Below are positions 11,311 to 23,898 of a DNA stretch of 64,000 bases, piece after piece. The notes below the pieces were generated by a model. It was not told the DNA's origin. It did not search any database and saw nothing but the letters and a program-made list of their open reading frames with translations. The stretch covers positions 10,974,001 through 11,038,000 of the forward strand of contig JBHGNT010000022.1 in the NCBI GenBank assembly GCA_043228905.1, read 5' to 3'. A program made the translations under genes and the position numbers. Positions within the stretch are counted from its first letter, which is position 1, and each line of letters begins with the position of its first letter. The stretch is from Azolla caroliniana. Taxonomy: Eukaryota > Plantae > Polypodiophyta.

Positions 11311-13938
11311 GTATTCCTTCTAAGATAGTGATTTGTTTTGGAGTTTGTGGTCTCGCATGGTTTTTCCCTCTTAGGGGTTTCCACGTTGAAATATCTTGTG
11401 TCTTTGTATTTTCTTGTTTTACTATTGTCTTTATCTTTGTGTCTCTCATTTGCACATGTTGACCAGTTGTGGCCGACTACATATTATAACAAACTGGTAT
11501 CAAAGTGATGGATGAACATCTTGGAGGATGATCAAGGTAACCTATTCCAACTACTTAGTCCAGAAGTTGAAGATGAGGGATATGTTGGTGTGTAGAGACC
11601 TTTGGCTGCAAGTGTAGTTTGGAGATGAAAAGCTAGACAAGATTGACGCATCAACCTAGGAGGTTATGCATCTGAGACGATAGCTTACATAAGATGTTTT
11701 ATAGACATGAGTCTATATAAGAATTTTAATGAAGAGACAAAAGCAAGTGTCCCGTGGAAGGAGATCTGCATCATGTTCAAGAACAAAAATGCCGTTAACA
11801 GAGTCTCAGTATTCCGGAAGATCGTGAGACTAAGGTACTAGGATGGCTCAAGCATGGTAGAGCACTTGAATGCATTCCAAGGATTGATAAACCAAACCAA
11901 CCCTCTGGAAACACCTCTTGCCGATGAGGTAATAGCATTGCTGCCGTTGGGATCCCTTCTGGATAGCTAGGAGACGCTCATTGTCACATTCGGCAACGCC
12001 GGACCAGAAGGGAAGCATCTATCCCTAAAGAAGGTGAAGTCGCACTTATTAAATGAGGATGCTCGTCGGAAGGACAAAGAGTCCATTTCCGACCGGAAGG
12101 CCCTAGTCATAGAAGGTGACTCGAACTGAGGCAGAGACTGACAGAGAAGTTCTTAGAACTAGAAGAAGTTCGGAACGAGGTCAAAGTCAAGGGGGAGGCT
12201 CATGTACTTCTATTGTGGCAAGCCGGGGCATTTCCAAAAGAATTGTCGGCACTATTGGAAGGATAAAGGGGGAGCTAATGGTGCCAAACCAAAGAAGAAT
12301 CCAGAAAGAAATGACACCTCAACAATCGCAACAAGTGAGGAGGAGCTGCTGCTCATTAGTGGAAAAATGAGCTAAATCTTGTTAGCGATGAATCGATATG
12401 GGTGGTCAATTTTGGTGCATCGTTTCACCTGACCCCCGACTGAGGATGCTTCTCATCGTACACAACTGGCGATCGCGGATACATTAAGATGGGGAATGAA
12501 GGAGCATGACACCGAATTGTTGGAATTGGAGATGTGTGTTTGCTCACATCAACCAGTTGTAGAATGGGCTTAAGAGATGTGCGCCACGTTCCGGAAGTTA
12601 GATTAAATCTGATATCAATTGGTCGGTTGGATGACAAAGGCTACATTGGTAGCTTCCGGGATGAAATGTTGAAATTTTACAAGGGAAACCTGATTGTGGC
12701 TCGTCCCGGAAGACAAACACACTATATTTGATGCATGCCCGACTGTGCTGGGACAAAGTAAATGTGGTAGTAGACACAACCGATGGGCTGTGGCATATGA
12801 AGTTGTGCCACATGAGCGAGAAGGGGATGCATTAGCTTGCCAAAGAAAATCTCATACCGGAGATAAAGAATGTGCATCTTGACAAATGCACCAATTGCTT
12901 GGCCGACAAGCAGAATAGGGCTTCCTTCCGTTCCAGGCCCCCGATGAGGAAGAAGATGGCATTGGAACTTGTGCATACAGACATATGCTATGTAGAGACA
13001 AAGTCACATGCTAGTTCACAATATTTTGTGACCTTCATAGATGACTATAGTCGGAGGTTGTGGGATTCTATATTGAAGACCAAGGACCAGGTGTGTTGGT
13101 TTTCAAGGAGTTCCAAACAAGAGGTGAGAGAGAGTCCGACCGGAAATTGAAAGCAGTTCGAGTGGATAATGGAGGAGAATACCGAGGGCTGTTCAAGGAG
13201 CATTTCCGGTCAAAGGGAACCCGGCTCGAGTACACCATGCCGAAGATGCCAAAGCTTAACGGGTTGGCCGAGAGAATGAACTGGATCATCATGGAGAGAG
13301 TTGGGAGCATGCTTGCACATGCAAAACAGTCCAAGACGTTTTGGGCTAAGGCGTTCATGATAGTGGTTTATGTGATAAATAGATCACCCTCAGTACCCTT
13401 AGCTGAAGATATTCCACAAAGGGTGTGGACTGGTAAAGACGTGTTGTACTGAAATATGAGGGTGTTTGGTTGTCTTGCCTATGTGCATGTAGCAAAGGAA
13501 CAGAGAAGAAAACTAGACCCAAAGACCCAGCCATGCATATTTCTGGGATACGGTGATGACAAATTCGGTTACTGGCTATGGGACTTAGCCAAGAAGAAAG
13601 TGATTTGGAGTTGAGAGATAGTCTTCATGGAGGAGAAGACTATTGTCGACTGGGAGAAGGAGAAGACAAGTGCATCCTCCTAGCCTATCGGAAGTCGAAT
13701 ACCGAACATAGAACAAGGGGAGCCGACCGGATCTGGACAGGGAGTCAGATTGGTCAAAGTCCAGTTGCAAGACATATCCGGACAAGGATACAAACACGGG
13801 GTCAGATCCGAAGCTGGACAAGCAAATGGCATCCAATCGGATCCGAAGAGGAAAAAGTGTTCGATTTTAGCTCGGACAATGAACCAACCGAAGGAGAAGA
13901 GGAAGGACCTAGCGAACTGACTGATGAGAATAGAGGAA

Positions 13939-16440
13939 TGTTGAGATACAAGGTCAACATGATTCGGATCAGCTGAATAAGCTATAGTCGGATCGTAATC
14001 CGGATTGGTATCCAAAACGGGGAGCTGCATTGGTGTCTGGATCTATGTGTAGCTGATAGGCCATTAGAAGCCTACGGTCCTAGCCTAATACATAGGCATA
14101 TTTTTGGGAGTTAGTGTTTGTCTCTCAGTACGAGCATTGAAGTACTTGTCAGTCCTTTTAAGGACTTGTATAAAAAGTGCTATGATGCACATTTGTATGT
14201 ATAGGTATGTATAGGGTTTACAGAGCATTTTGAAATAGAGGTTTATTTGTCTTGGTCTCTCTCTCTCTCTCTTTCTCTCTCTCTCACCTACTATGGTTTC
14301 TGTTGCTATCTAGTTGAGTCGGTTGAGATCTGTTTAGATTCCGCATAATTATCTTTACATGGTATCAGATCGCGAGGGTTGAACATCCTTTGCTGCCGAT
14401 AAGAGCTTTCAACACAAATGAAGTCCTAACACCTGGTAAGAACAGACAAGAAAAGAAATGGATAGATGTATGGGAACCTTGAAAGAAACAACTACACATC
14501 TTGGTCGTACAAGATGCACTAGTACCTCTGCTCGAACACGGGTACTGGAGTTATGTCGGAGGTGCGAATGATGCAACACCGGATTCAACACACAAGGATT
14601 TTCTGGCCTAGGAACAGGTGACAAGGGTGAATGCATGGGAATAGGAACAATTAGCTACGTCCTTGACATAACTAATTAGCTATGCAAAAATCTGCATATT
14701 TTGGCAGTTTCAGGGATTGTGATCTCAAATAAAGACCGATTAAAATGTGCACCATAAATGGTAATACTTCCCTCCCCATAATAAATGATATGTATCTTGA
14801 AGATTTTCCCACTAAATATTAGCTATAAAAAAAACTAGTTAGGTGTAGTAATTTTAGCTACATGTTAGCTATAATAGTTTTTCTATTCACATGCTTTCAC
14901 CCGCAAGCAGAGTTCTTTACTGCGTCGCATCTAGTGTCGGTGATCAGCTACTGAGCTACATCCGGGACGCCAAAACGCCAGAGGAGGCTTGAGGAAATCT
15001 GAAGAAGATATTCGTCGCAAGCACCATAGATAGAAAGCTATAACTTAGACAAGAGCTGAGCAACGTCTAGCAAAGAGATATGTTAGTGGTTGATTACACC
15101 TCCCAGATCAAAGACATCTATGACTCTCTTGCCTCCATCAATGTGACCATCGAGGAGGAAGAAATGTTGCAAGTCTATCTCGGTGGGTTGGCATCTAAGT
15201 TTGGACCATTCTCGATGGCGATCTGCACGAGAGAGAGTATGCCGTCATTCTTCGAGTTGCAGAGCACACACACCGACAAACAAATGTTTTACATGGAAGA
15301 GGATAGAAACCATGGTTGTGGTGGACAAGGCGGGTTGGCACGCAATGGAGGTGGCCGACAGGTGCAAAACAATAGTTTTGGATCCTTTGGGAGTAGGGGG
15401 AGTCAAAGTGGCGCCGTAAACCGGCAAGGAAAGGCCACAGGGAGAGTGAGTGATGGAAGACACAGACTGATTCAGACAAATCTGGATCTGGCAAAGCCGA
15501 ACACGGAAATCGGCATTGATCGCAGTACGTCAAAGGATCGGATGGATCCGGAACCGGAAAAATTGGAAAGGGACCAACCTTCGTCATGAAACACAAGGCA
15601 AACTCGATGAAGATCTCGTTCTCTTTCTCTTATCTTCCTATTCTTCCTCCCTCTACACATGCTTCCCTTCCTTCTCTGTGTGTTTTGGTTCCTTCTTTCC
15701 CATCCCATCCTTGTTTATTTCTTCTCCGTTCATCCACTACTACTTCTCCTCGTAACCTTTCTCTATTCTTTCTTCTATTTCTCCTTCTCCTTCTCCTTCT
15801 TTTTCTTTGTGTTGTTTTAGTGGCGACCGTTGTGTCTCCTTCCTCTTCTTCTTCTTCTTCGTCTACGCTTAGTTTTGTCTCCGCGTTACTTCTTTTGAAC
15901 CATCTCCCGTGCATTCTCAACACTTCCTGCCGGCATCTGCTCCACACATTGCTTCTTCCTCCACAGTCTCCTGGTGGGCTTGTCTTTCTGGTCGTGCTGA
16001 CACCGGTTCCCTCTGTGTTATTTGTCATCATTTCACGCACTCGCGCACATACATCATTGCCATTCTTGCACTCTCATTGATGCCATTTCGTGTTCTCTTG
16101 CACATACTTGCATCACGTATCATTCTGCGTCTTCCTCTTGCACATCATCACCGTGTAGCATTCCTCGACAACTTCTAATCACCATCACTATCTCCCGCAC
16201 ATCTTCCTTGTCATCTCATTCCTCGACTTTGTCTCGTACATCATGATCGCCATTTGCCACACATCGTCAATTCGATTTCTCGCACTCTCGTAGACTTCCA
16301 CCGCATCTATACATTGACTTCTTTCAAAGGGGGATTCACTGTTGTGGTCGCCAAAATAGTGTTTACTCTAGGCTGGATTTAGCCTCAAACATAGGGTGTC
16401 CTTTTTGAAACACTTCACCAAAGGGGTGGTTAAGGGATGG
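13939..16440 (+). mobile_element. Decayed, internally deleted Copia-like element (5' LTR 13939-14359, PBS 14360, gag remnant, pyrimidine-rich region)
   Basis: TGTTG...TTTACA followed directly by TGGTATCAGA. Gag-like peptides (SRVLYC, VVDYTSQIKDIYDSLASIN..LGGL) follow. No pol and no matching 3' LTR seen; right end approximate. Confidence 0.7.
14625..14902. mobile_element. 278-bp MITE with GGGTGAA TIRs and 4-bp TSD (ACAA/GCAA), related to the large DNA transposon ending at 31288
   Basis: Left end GGGTGAATGCATGGGAATAGG; right end revcomp GGGTGAAAGCATGTGAATAGA. Removing the MITE and one 4-bp copy restores the host gag frame (EQV-T-SRVLYC). Subterminal TTAGCTA motifs. Confidence 0.85.
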
Positions 16441-16776
16441 ATGTTATCCGGCTATATGATTCTGATTTGACTAATTTCCGTTACGTTCCGGATTGTTAAG
16501 ACATAGCAGATTAGTTATAACATGCGCAAATTAACAATTGAAGCGCATAATAACAAGTACCCACAAACACAATAGAATTAAAACAGAACGCTAATCTCAT
16601 ATTATTTCCGTTAACCATTTACATTGATTCCGGATCCTTTTATAGGCATCCGGTAGGAAATACAAAACGAAGCCTTATCGGATACTGGCTATCGATCGGT
16701 GCGGATCCGTCCGTTCTTATAATATTTCCTAACTAATAATTATGCTTCTAATTATAATATTATTCTCCAACTCGTC

Positions 16777-17134
16777 TGTAAAAGAATACTTGTGCGGAAG
16801 CGTATGCGAAACACAGAGTACACAGTTCGGAGAACGACAGTTTGGTAAAACACAAAAAATGTAGAGATGGAGATGGAGAGGGAGAGACAGAGAGAGAGAG
16901 AGCAAACAACTCAGTTCTATTTCAAAATAATGACACTCTGTACATACTTCGTGCTCAGTGAGCACCTTTTATACAAGCCCTGACTATCGGGTTGACACAA
17001 GTATTGACAGTACTTGACTGCTCATAAATGAGCCTATTACACTAACTCCCAAAATTATTCCTTACGAGGAATACCATACTAATGGCCTTTTGGTTTACGC
17101 ACCGATACAACCACGTTATGCGTACTGTTTTACA
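16777..17134 (-). mobile_element. Probable solo LTR
   Basis: TGTAAAA...TTTTACA termini, (AG)n tract, minus-strand TATA-like TTTTATA, flanks CGTC/CATC (possible decayed 4-bp TSD). Lies within another LTR-like stretch starting ~16442. Confidence 0.5.
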
Positions 17135-17161
17135 CATCTAGTCTACGCATTGGGTTACGGA

Positions 17162-17823
17162 CTGTTGTCGTGAAGATTCCGGGCCATCGGTAGAAACAAA
17201 GTGAAATGTGCGGGAGCACTGGTGTGCACGAGTGCACACCCCTGGTGAATCAGATAGTGTAAGTACTAGGCATAGGGAAAGGGAGGTGTACTAGGTAGTT
17301 AAAGCACTAATAGCGATTCAAACATCGCGTAAGTAGGGAGAGTTACGAGGAGAGCAAATCAAGGGGGGGAGAATTTAGGAAGTTAAAGCGACAAGGCCAT
17401 GAATGCTCTGTAACGGTCGCTCCTTGTGCTATAAAAGGGGCGATCCTCGACTGTTTTAGATATATCATTTTTTTAGAGAAAGGTCATTGAAAGAGAGGAG
17501 AAACGAGGGAGAGAGGAGAAAGGAGAGGCAGACAAAAGAAGACGAGGAGTCAAATGACGTGCCATTGGAAGGCGCTTCCCCTGCTCGCGTCAAACGCCTG
17601 AGTGCTCCTGACTAGGGGATCGACCTTCTGTGTGCCCACTCATCTTCATATCTGACCACTGTAGAGCCTACGCTCGGACACCGACACTGATCTGGTTGTA
17701 ATCACCCATAGCGCCACGCGCCTATATTGATTAATAGAAGCTTATCCACCTAACGCAAGTTGCTCTTAGCATACTTGTCTGTGCTCTAGCTATCGAGAAA
17801 GGACTCTATGGATTGGGTCAACA
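17162..17823 (+). mobile_element. LTR-like sequence preceding a Gypsy gag remnant
   Basis: TGTTG...TCAACA termini and CTATAAAAGG at ~17429. No PBS or TSD recognised. Confidence 0.5.
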
Positions 17824-17829
17824 GCCCCG

Positions 17830-19275
17830 ACAAGGGTCAAAATGCTTCGGCGCTCCTCTAGGAGTTCGAGTCATGGTTCGTGCGGCTCTCTAGATTGGAC
17901 CGAACCGTGCTCGAAACGAGCAAAGTCCTGTTTTTCTTTACGTCGTTTGACTCGCGCGTCTGGGAAAGCGTGGGTCTTCTTCTGGAAACCAACCGTGGTC
18001 TCAGGACTGACTGGGCGACCGTCAAAGAAGTATGGAACAGGATTGACAAACACTGACATTGGAAAGAAAGGGAGTCCTCGCCGGCCGGACCAGCTGTCGA
18101 AACCAGAGCCGAGTTGACACCGACCCGAATGGAAGAAACGAGGAGGTGGCCCGAGCTAGGCCCACCCCTAGCTAACGTAGTCGCGGGGCCTACAGGCGGC
18201 ACAAGACTAGAAGAACTGACAAGGATGGTGCGCGACCTCCAGATCGCCCAAGCCCGGCGAAGCGACGAGGGTCAGCCGCGCGACCGAATACCGCCGGCCA
18301 ATCAAAGGTGCATATGGTGCGACACCACCGGACATTCCTGAAGAGATTGTGTTGACCTTGGTGAAGCGCTCAGAAGTAATGTAGTCTATCTCTCGAATGG
18401 CAGGATATATGCAAGCGACACGCGAAGATTGCTTGACGCGAGTTTTAGACGAGGTGGCATGAAGAGGCTAATGGAAGAAGCCGCGACACGACACGTCAAA
18501 GTCGTCCACTACTCAGCTTTGGCCGGCATCCGCGTATGTGAAAAGGCGGCCAAACCCAATTCAAACCCTGGGTTCTGTCCGGTTATTCTCGAGACCTTGT
18601 CCGGAGGAAGGTTGTAGAAGGGAGAAGTGGAGCGTGCGGAGGAGCATGTGCGCGAAGTTACCGGTTGGAGTGACCCCGTTGAGGAGAGCACTGGCTTTGT
18701 GGAGGCTGCGTGCAGGAACGACAAGGCCCTAATCGACGAAAGGCGAGTGGGGAAAATCGGGGGAGCAGGCCCTTCGGGCAAGTATGACACTCGAAGCACG
18801 TCAAAAGGGCACGATGCCATCCGACCGGGTCCTAGGAGAAGGAGAGGGGCAGGATTCCCAGCTTTCGTTTAAGCTCGGAAATCGAGAAAACAACGAACGT
18901 ACAGAAGGTTCTAGAGGAGTGAGTTCTCGACAGTCGCATAGAACTCATGCTTAGGGAAGTGCTTGGCATAGCGAGAAGGGAATTCCACGACAACATCGTG
19001 GACCTCATTAAGAGAAAGTGTCTCGCGATAGAACTAGAGCCCGAGAAGCCGGTTGAGGTAAGGACAACACTCCTCGACAAGATGGCCGCGGAAGACGAGA
19101 TTGCGGAAAGCCACTACACCAGGCCGCACTCGGCAAGAGTGACTACAGAAACCCATGTTTGTATCAGGGACGTGAATCAACCGGTAGTAGCATTAATCGA
19201 CCACGGGTCGGAAATTAACCTGATGTCCATGGACTTCTACAAAAAGGGGAATTGGCCGATCAACACCAAACACGG
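17830..19275 (+). pseudogene. Ty3/Gypsy (non-chromovirus) gag-protease remnant
   Basis: EELTRMVRDLQIAQAR, zinc knuckle CIWCDTTGHS*RDC, aspartic protease motif VVALIDHGSEINLM. Stops and frameshifts. Confidence 0.85.
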
Positions 19276-22200
19276 TGTCGTGTTGTTACACGCGTGCATG
19301 TAGAAAGAGGCGGGGCCACGGGGGCCTTGAACCGAGCGATAGAGAGAGAGAGAGAGAGAGAGAGGAGAGGAGAGGAGAAGAGATTTGCAGATATGTAGAA
19401 GGGAGAAGGAAAGAGAAAGAAACGGAACACTTAATTACAGTAACCGTTGATTACAATATCAAGAGATTACAAACTCTGACGATTACAACCGGCAAGGCGG
19501 TGATGGACCTGACATGGGGATCCTACTCACGCACACAGACAAAACACACTGGACCCCAAAAAAAAGAAGCGTAAAAGGGAGAGCCTCTACTGGCAGCGCA
19601 CGGGCTACCCACGAAGCAGAGGCGTCGAACTCCCAGCACCCACCGAGAATGACGATCGGAGGAGGAGAGAGAGCTCGGGACTCGGTCCTGCAACCCTTCG
19701 TCCTCCCTAACGCGCGATCCCTTTTCTTCCTTCTCTCCCTCCTTAAATAGTTCGCAAAAAGGGGGTTCCCCTTTCTCCCTAGTCAAAACCGCTTTATTCC
19801 CTGTCCCTTTCGACAGAGATACGCACAATCCCCGAATAAATGTATACTACCTAGTATTTACATTAGTCGACCTAATTATGAATCATGTACAAAATATCAA
19901 TTCACACGTCCACCCGTGTAAGAGCCGGTTCATGCGCCTTTTTCTCCGATTCCGCCCATGGCCGGCATCCACCGGCATGCGCTAGAGACGGGCAGATACC
20001 GAAGAAAACCGGCTTCACTCGTCGCTCTTCGATTCTTCATCGGGCCCAAACCGATCGTTGTCGTCGCTCTCGCTTGCCGGCTCCGGCTCGTCTTCGAACC
20101 GCTTCTTGAACGCTTTGATCCGCTTTTCGGCCACCGGTACCGCTAACCGTGTCCCGTCGAGTTCCGTTAGGTGGTACGTGCCGTTGTTGTTCGTGCTCGT
20201 CACTGTGTAGGGCCCAAACCATCTCCTAGTGAACTTTCGCACCGCCGTGTGTTGATTGTCGAGGCTGCTGTCGTATACCAAGACCCAGTCGCCTTCCTCG
20301 ATCTTCTTTTGTCGGTGCATCCGGCTGAACCGGGTCTTGTTCCGCTCCCTTGCCGCCCACAACTTTTCCTTCGCTCGTTTCACGTCCTCCGGCCTTCGCT
20401 CGAGTTGCCGAATCTGCACCGCCAGCAACTCCTCCCGGCTCATCTTGTCCTTCCAATCTACCGCCGCCCATGAAGAAACCGTCCGTTCCACCGACATGAT
20501 CGGCTTCTGTCTGTACATCAGCTCTACCGGCATAAACCCTGTCACCGAACTGTGCGTAGTTCGGTCCGCCCATAGTGTGTAAGGAAGGAGCCGCGGCGAA
20601 TTCCCGACCTGCCCTCCGCATGCATGCACCAACGCCTTTACGATCGGCCCGTGCCCATGTTCTACCTTCCCGTTTGCCTCCGGATTGTACGCCGTAGTGA
20701 GGGAGAGTTTGACCCCTAGCCGGTCGAACAGCTCCTCAGCTTCCTGCGCATCCAGCTCTCCCCGGTCCACCACGATCTTCCGCCGCGGTTGTCTTGTTCT
20801 GCAGTGCACGACCTTCCACCTGGTTCGTTAAATCTTCTCGCGCAAGCACTAGGTATCGCATCTGTCCTACTCCCATTAGCATCGTCACCAAGTCCACCAT
20901 CCACTTAAAATGGACCGTAGGCGGGTAGGTGGGGTGTAGCTCGTCCCGATGTCGGACTACGGAGTGCATCTGACAGCTTTCGCAATTCGTTACAAACCGA
21001 TGCACGTCTTGGTACAGCCCCGACCACCAGTAGTTCTCCTTCAGCTTCTCAAACGTGGCCCACGTTCCGTGGTGCCCGGCCCAGGGACTCTCGTGAAATG
21101 CCGCTAGTAGTTCCTCTTGTTCTTCTTTCTTTGCCTCTACTCGGAGCGGGATGCCGTTTCTTTTCTTTGGGTGCCTCCATATGCACCCGTCCCGTAGGAA
21201 GAATCGGTACACCTTCTTCCGTACCCGGCTCGCCTCTTCTCTCGTCCACACTACGTCCGGCATCATCGCCCGTAGGAACCTCCCGATTTGGAGCCACTCC
21301 CCGTCGTACCTGCTTTCGTCAAATTCGTTAAGTGCCGGAGTGTTCCCTTTCCTTGTTGTCACATTAGCCGGCTCGAAGAAGTCCTCGCCGACTTCTTCGT
21401 CATCCGAAACCATGCCGTCTTCGTCGTTGAACCTTGCTCTCGAAAGCATGTCGGCCATGGTGTTATCCTTTCCGGAGATGTGCCGTATCTCCGGGTTCAG
21501 GAACTTAATGTATGCTATCCACCGGAGTATTGCTAGGTCCGGCGTCGCGCATCCGGAAACCATCCCGAGTATTGGCAGGCAGTCCGTCTCGATTGTTACC
21601 TCCGTCCCGATCAGGTAGTCCCTGTCGGCCTTGACTGCCAAAACGATACCCCATAGTTCGCGCTTGACTTGGGCGTATCCTCGATGTCGCTCGCTCAATA
21701 CCTTCGCCCCGAACCGGATCGGGAACCGTGCGCCGTCCTTGTCCTCCTGGTTGATCACCCACCCGATCCCGGTCGGGCTCGTGTCCACCGTCACATAGAT
21801 GGGGACTCCCTTACCGTAAACCGCTTTACGGAGAGCTGGTGCTACCGTAAGCGCCTCCTTTAGTCTTCGGACTGACTCTGTATGCTCCACCCTCCACTCA
21901 AAGCTACGCCCGTTTTTCAATAGTCTGTAGAGGGGTTTCGCGACATGTGCGTAGTGCAGGATCCAGATGTGGTAGAACGCACATGCTCCCAAGAATCCGC
22001 GGACCTCCGTGACCGACCCACAATCATTCCTCATCGCGGAGATGGCTTCTACCTTTGCCAGAGACGGTTTCCTACCGTAAGGCCCACACATGTGTCCGAC
22101 CACCAAGATCTCTGACTGCCCGAACGCTGATTTTTCTCCGGAGAAGGTGAGTCGTGCATTTCTGAGCCTCTGCAACACCTTCTCACAGTTGTTGATGTGG

Positions 22201-23010
22201 TTCACGACGAACCTCCGGCATCCGTCTGGCCCGACAGTCTTGTCCGCATCATCCACCGGACACCCCTTTATCGGGATATCATCGAAGAATGGCATGGTGA
22301 TGTCCGGGATGCAGTCCCTCAGCACCTTGTTCATTGCGTTCACCATATGCGCCACTGAATTCGTCCCGCCTTGTGGTAGGGTACACATCCTTACTAGGCC
22401 GAGAGGGGTTCGCATCGTCTTGATATCCTTGCTCTCCATGGCTAGCTGGAACTGGTCGTACCCCGAGTATAAGTCACCGACCGAATAGATTGACCTTCCA
22501 GCGACGGCCTCTGCGAACTCGTCTATGGTCGATCCGATTCCTGCATTACGGATAGTCACCCTGTTGACCGGTTGCAGGTCTTGAATGAAGCGCAACGTGC
22601 CGTTCTTCTTCGGCACCGTAAACCACCGATTCAAATATGGGGCACTCGACGGTTCGAGGATGCCCATCTCCACCCTTTGCTTCAGAAGCTCCATCAACTT
22701 CGGGATGTGAGCTCGCGGCACCGGAATCGGTTTGAGATTCCACGGTACATGCGGTACCGTGAAGATCACCATTGGCTCGACGATCGTGGGGTCCACGCAC
22801 CCGATCTCCTCCGACGAGAACGCGAAGGCTTTTCCATGCATTATTCTCCGAAACCTGTCCTCCTCCGCCGGCAGTAGGAAGCCACCCCCACTGACCTTGA
22901 GCTCCCGTAGCGTTATGTCGGTGAACCGGTGCCCTATGCCGGCCGTATTCCGTAAACTTGGGTCCGACGCGACCCCTTTTATCCACTCCTCGCTGCCCTC
23001 CGGACCTCAC
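19276..23010 (-). mobile_element. 5'-truncated Ty3/Gypsy (non-chromovirus): pol RT-RH-INT 20015-23010, 3' LTR ~19276-19815
   Basis: 701-aa ORF with RT (DLYSGYDQ, LPQG, FFDDI), RH (VDTSPTGIG, IETDC, ADMLSR) and INT zinc finger H..H..CESC. A 264-aa ORF carries DRGELD/NGKVE/WFGPY after a small deletion-frameshift at ~20785. LTR TGTCG...CGACA; inner boundary uncertain. Confidence 0.9.
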
Positions 23011-23036
23011 ATATCAGGGCCGTGGAGATACTTGGG

Positions 23037-23396
23037 GATTCAGAGGGTGTTGATTTCTATATATTGAAGTGCAAGGTTTGTAAACAATGTGCAACGTAGA
23101 ATATTGTAGATGCTTGGGGAAATTTTGTATCTGCTGAGACATTCTACATCGAAGGTATTTTTTATGCAAGACGAGATGATTACGATTATGTGTATAAGCT
23201 TTTAGAAGACAAACCAGTAGCGTACATGTACTCTCATTTGGTCAGGTGCATCAACGTCCCAATGTCGCAATGCAATAGCTGCTTAGGTTTATACACAATT
23301 AGTGCTAATGTGTATGAATGTATTTACAATAGTATGCCATGGAATTTGTACCTACAAGGAGATCATACCAATTTTCTTGTAAAGTGGACAAAGTAG
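23037..23396 (+). pseudogene. C-terminal fragment of a putative DNA transposase
   Basis: DSEGVDFYILKCKVCKQCAT*NIVDAWGNFVSAETFYIEGIFYARRDDYDYVYKLLEDKPVAYMYSHLVRCINVPM resembles, from memory, C-termini of TE-associated proteins in mosses and ferns. No catalytic core present. Confidence 0.45.
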
Positions 23397-23414
23397 TTGT
23401 ATTGCAAAAAAACA

Positions 23415-23700
23415 ATTTAATAAAATCATTTGGGAGATTATCTTCTTTCTGATATACAGTTTTCTTTTTGTTCTTGTTTGTTAATAAAATCATTAGGGAG
23501 TCTTCTTTTTTATATACAATCTACTTTTTGTTCTTCTTTCTTAATAAAATCATGTCTATTTAAATAAAAATAGTTTAATAAAATTGTGTGTCTTTTTTAT
23601 ATACAGTCTTCTTTGTGTTCTTCTATCTTAAAGAAAAGTTTAATAAAATCATTTGAGAGTCTTCTTTCTGTTCTTGTTTCTTAATAAAATCGTGTTGTTA
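23415..23700. repeat. AT-rich ~60-bp degenerate tandem repeat
   Basis: TAATAAAATCAT..TCTTCTTT..TATACAG..TGTTCTT recurs about five times. Confidence 0.75.
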
Positions 23701-23898
23701 AATGTGTATTGATTATTAGTTTTACTTATTGCAACTTTTTGTTTTATTCTGTTCAATGTGCAGAATGACGATTATACTGTCTGGAATACATTTTGGCAAT
23801 GGTTTTTTTACTCTCAAGTGAACCATGTACAAGTTCAAACAGTTTGTCATTCTGAGAACAACCATCAGCATGAAATAAAAAATCAATGACCTATTTTA

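Larger units (their letters stand above)
5476..13938 (+). mobile_element. Decayed Ty1/Copia (5' LTR 5476-5938 + 11311-11491, split by another Copia; PBS; gag-PR-INT pseudogene; truncated at 13938)
   Basis: LTR starts TGTTGGGAAAAC and resumes after 11310 to ...ATAACA, followed by PBS TGGTATCAAAG. Fragments include CRMGLRDVRHVPEVRLNLIS, ELVHTDIC..YFVTFIDD and VRVDNGGEY..NGLAERMN. Many stops and frameshifts. Confidence 0.85.

Noticed and set aside
15586-16080. Hydrophobic env-like or Arg/Glu-rich ORFs
   Set aside because: Products of a low-complexity CT-rich tract; no conserved motif.
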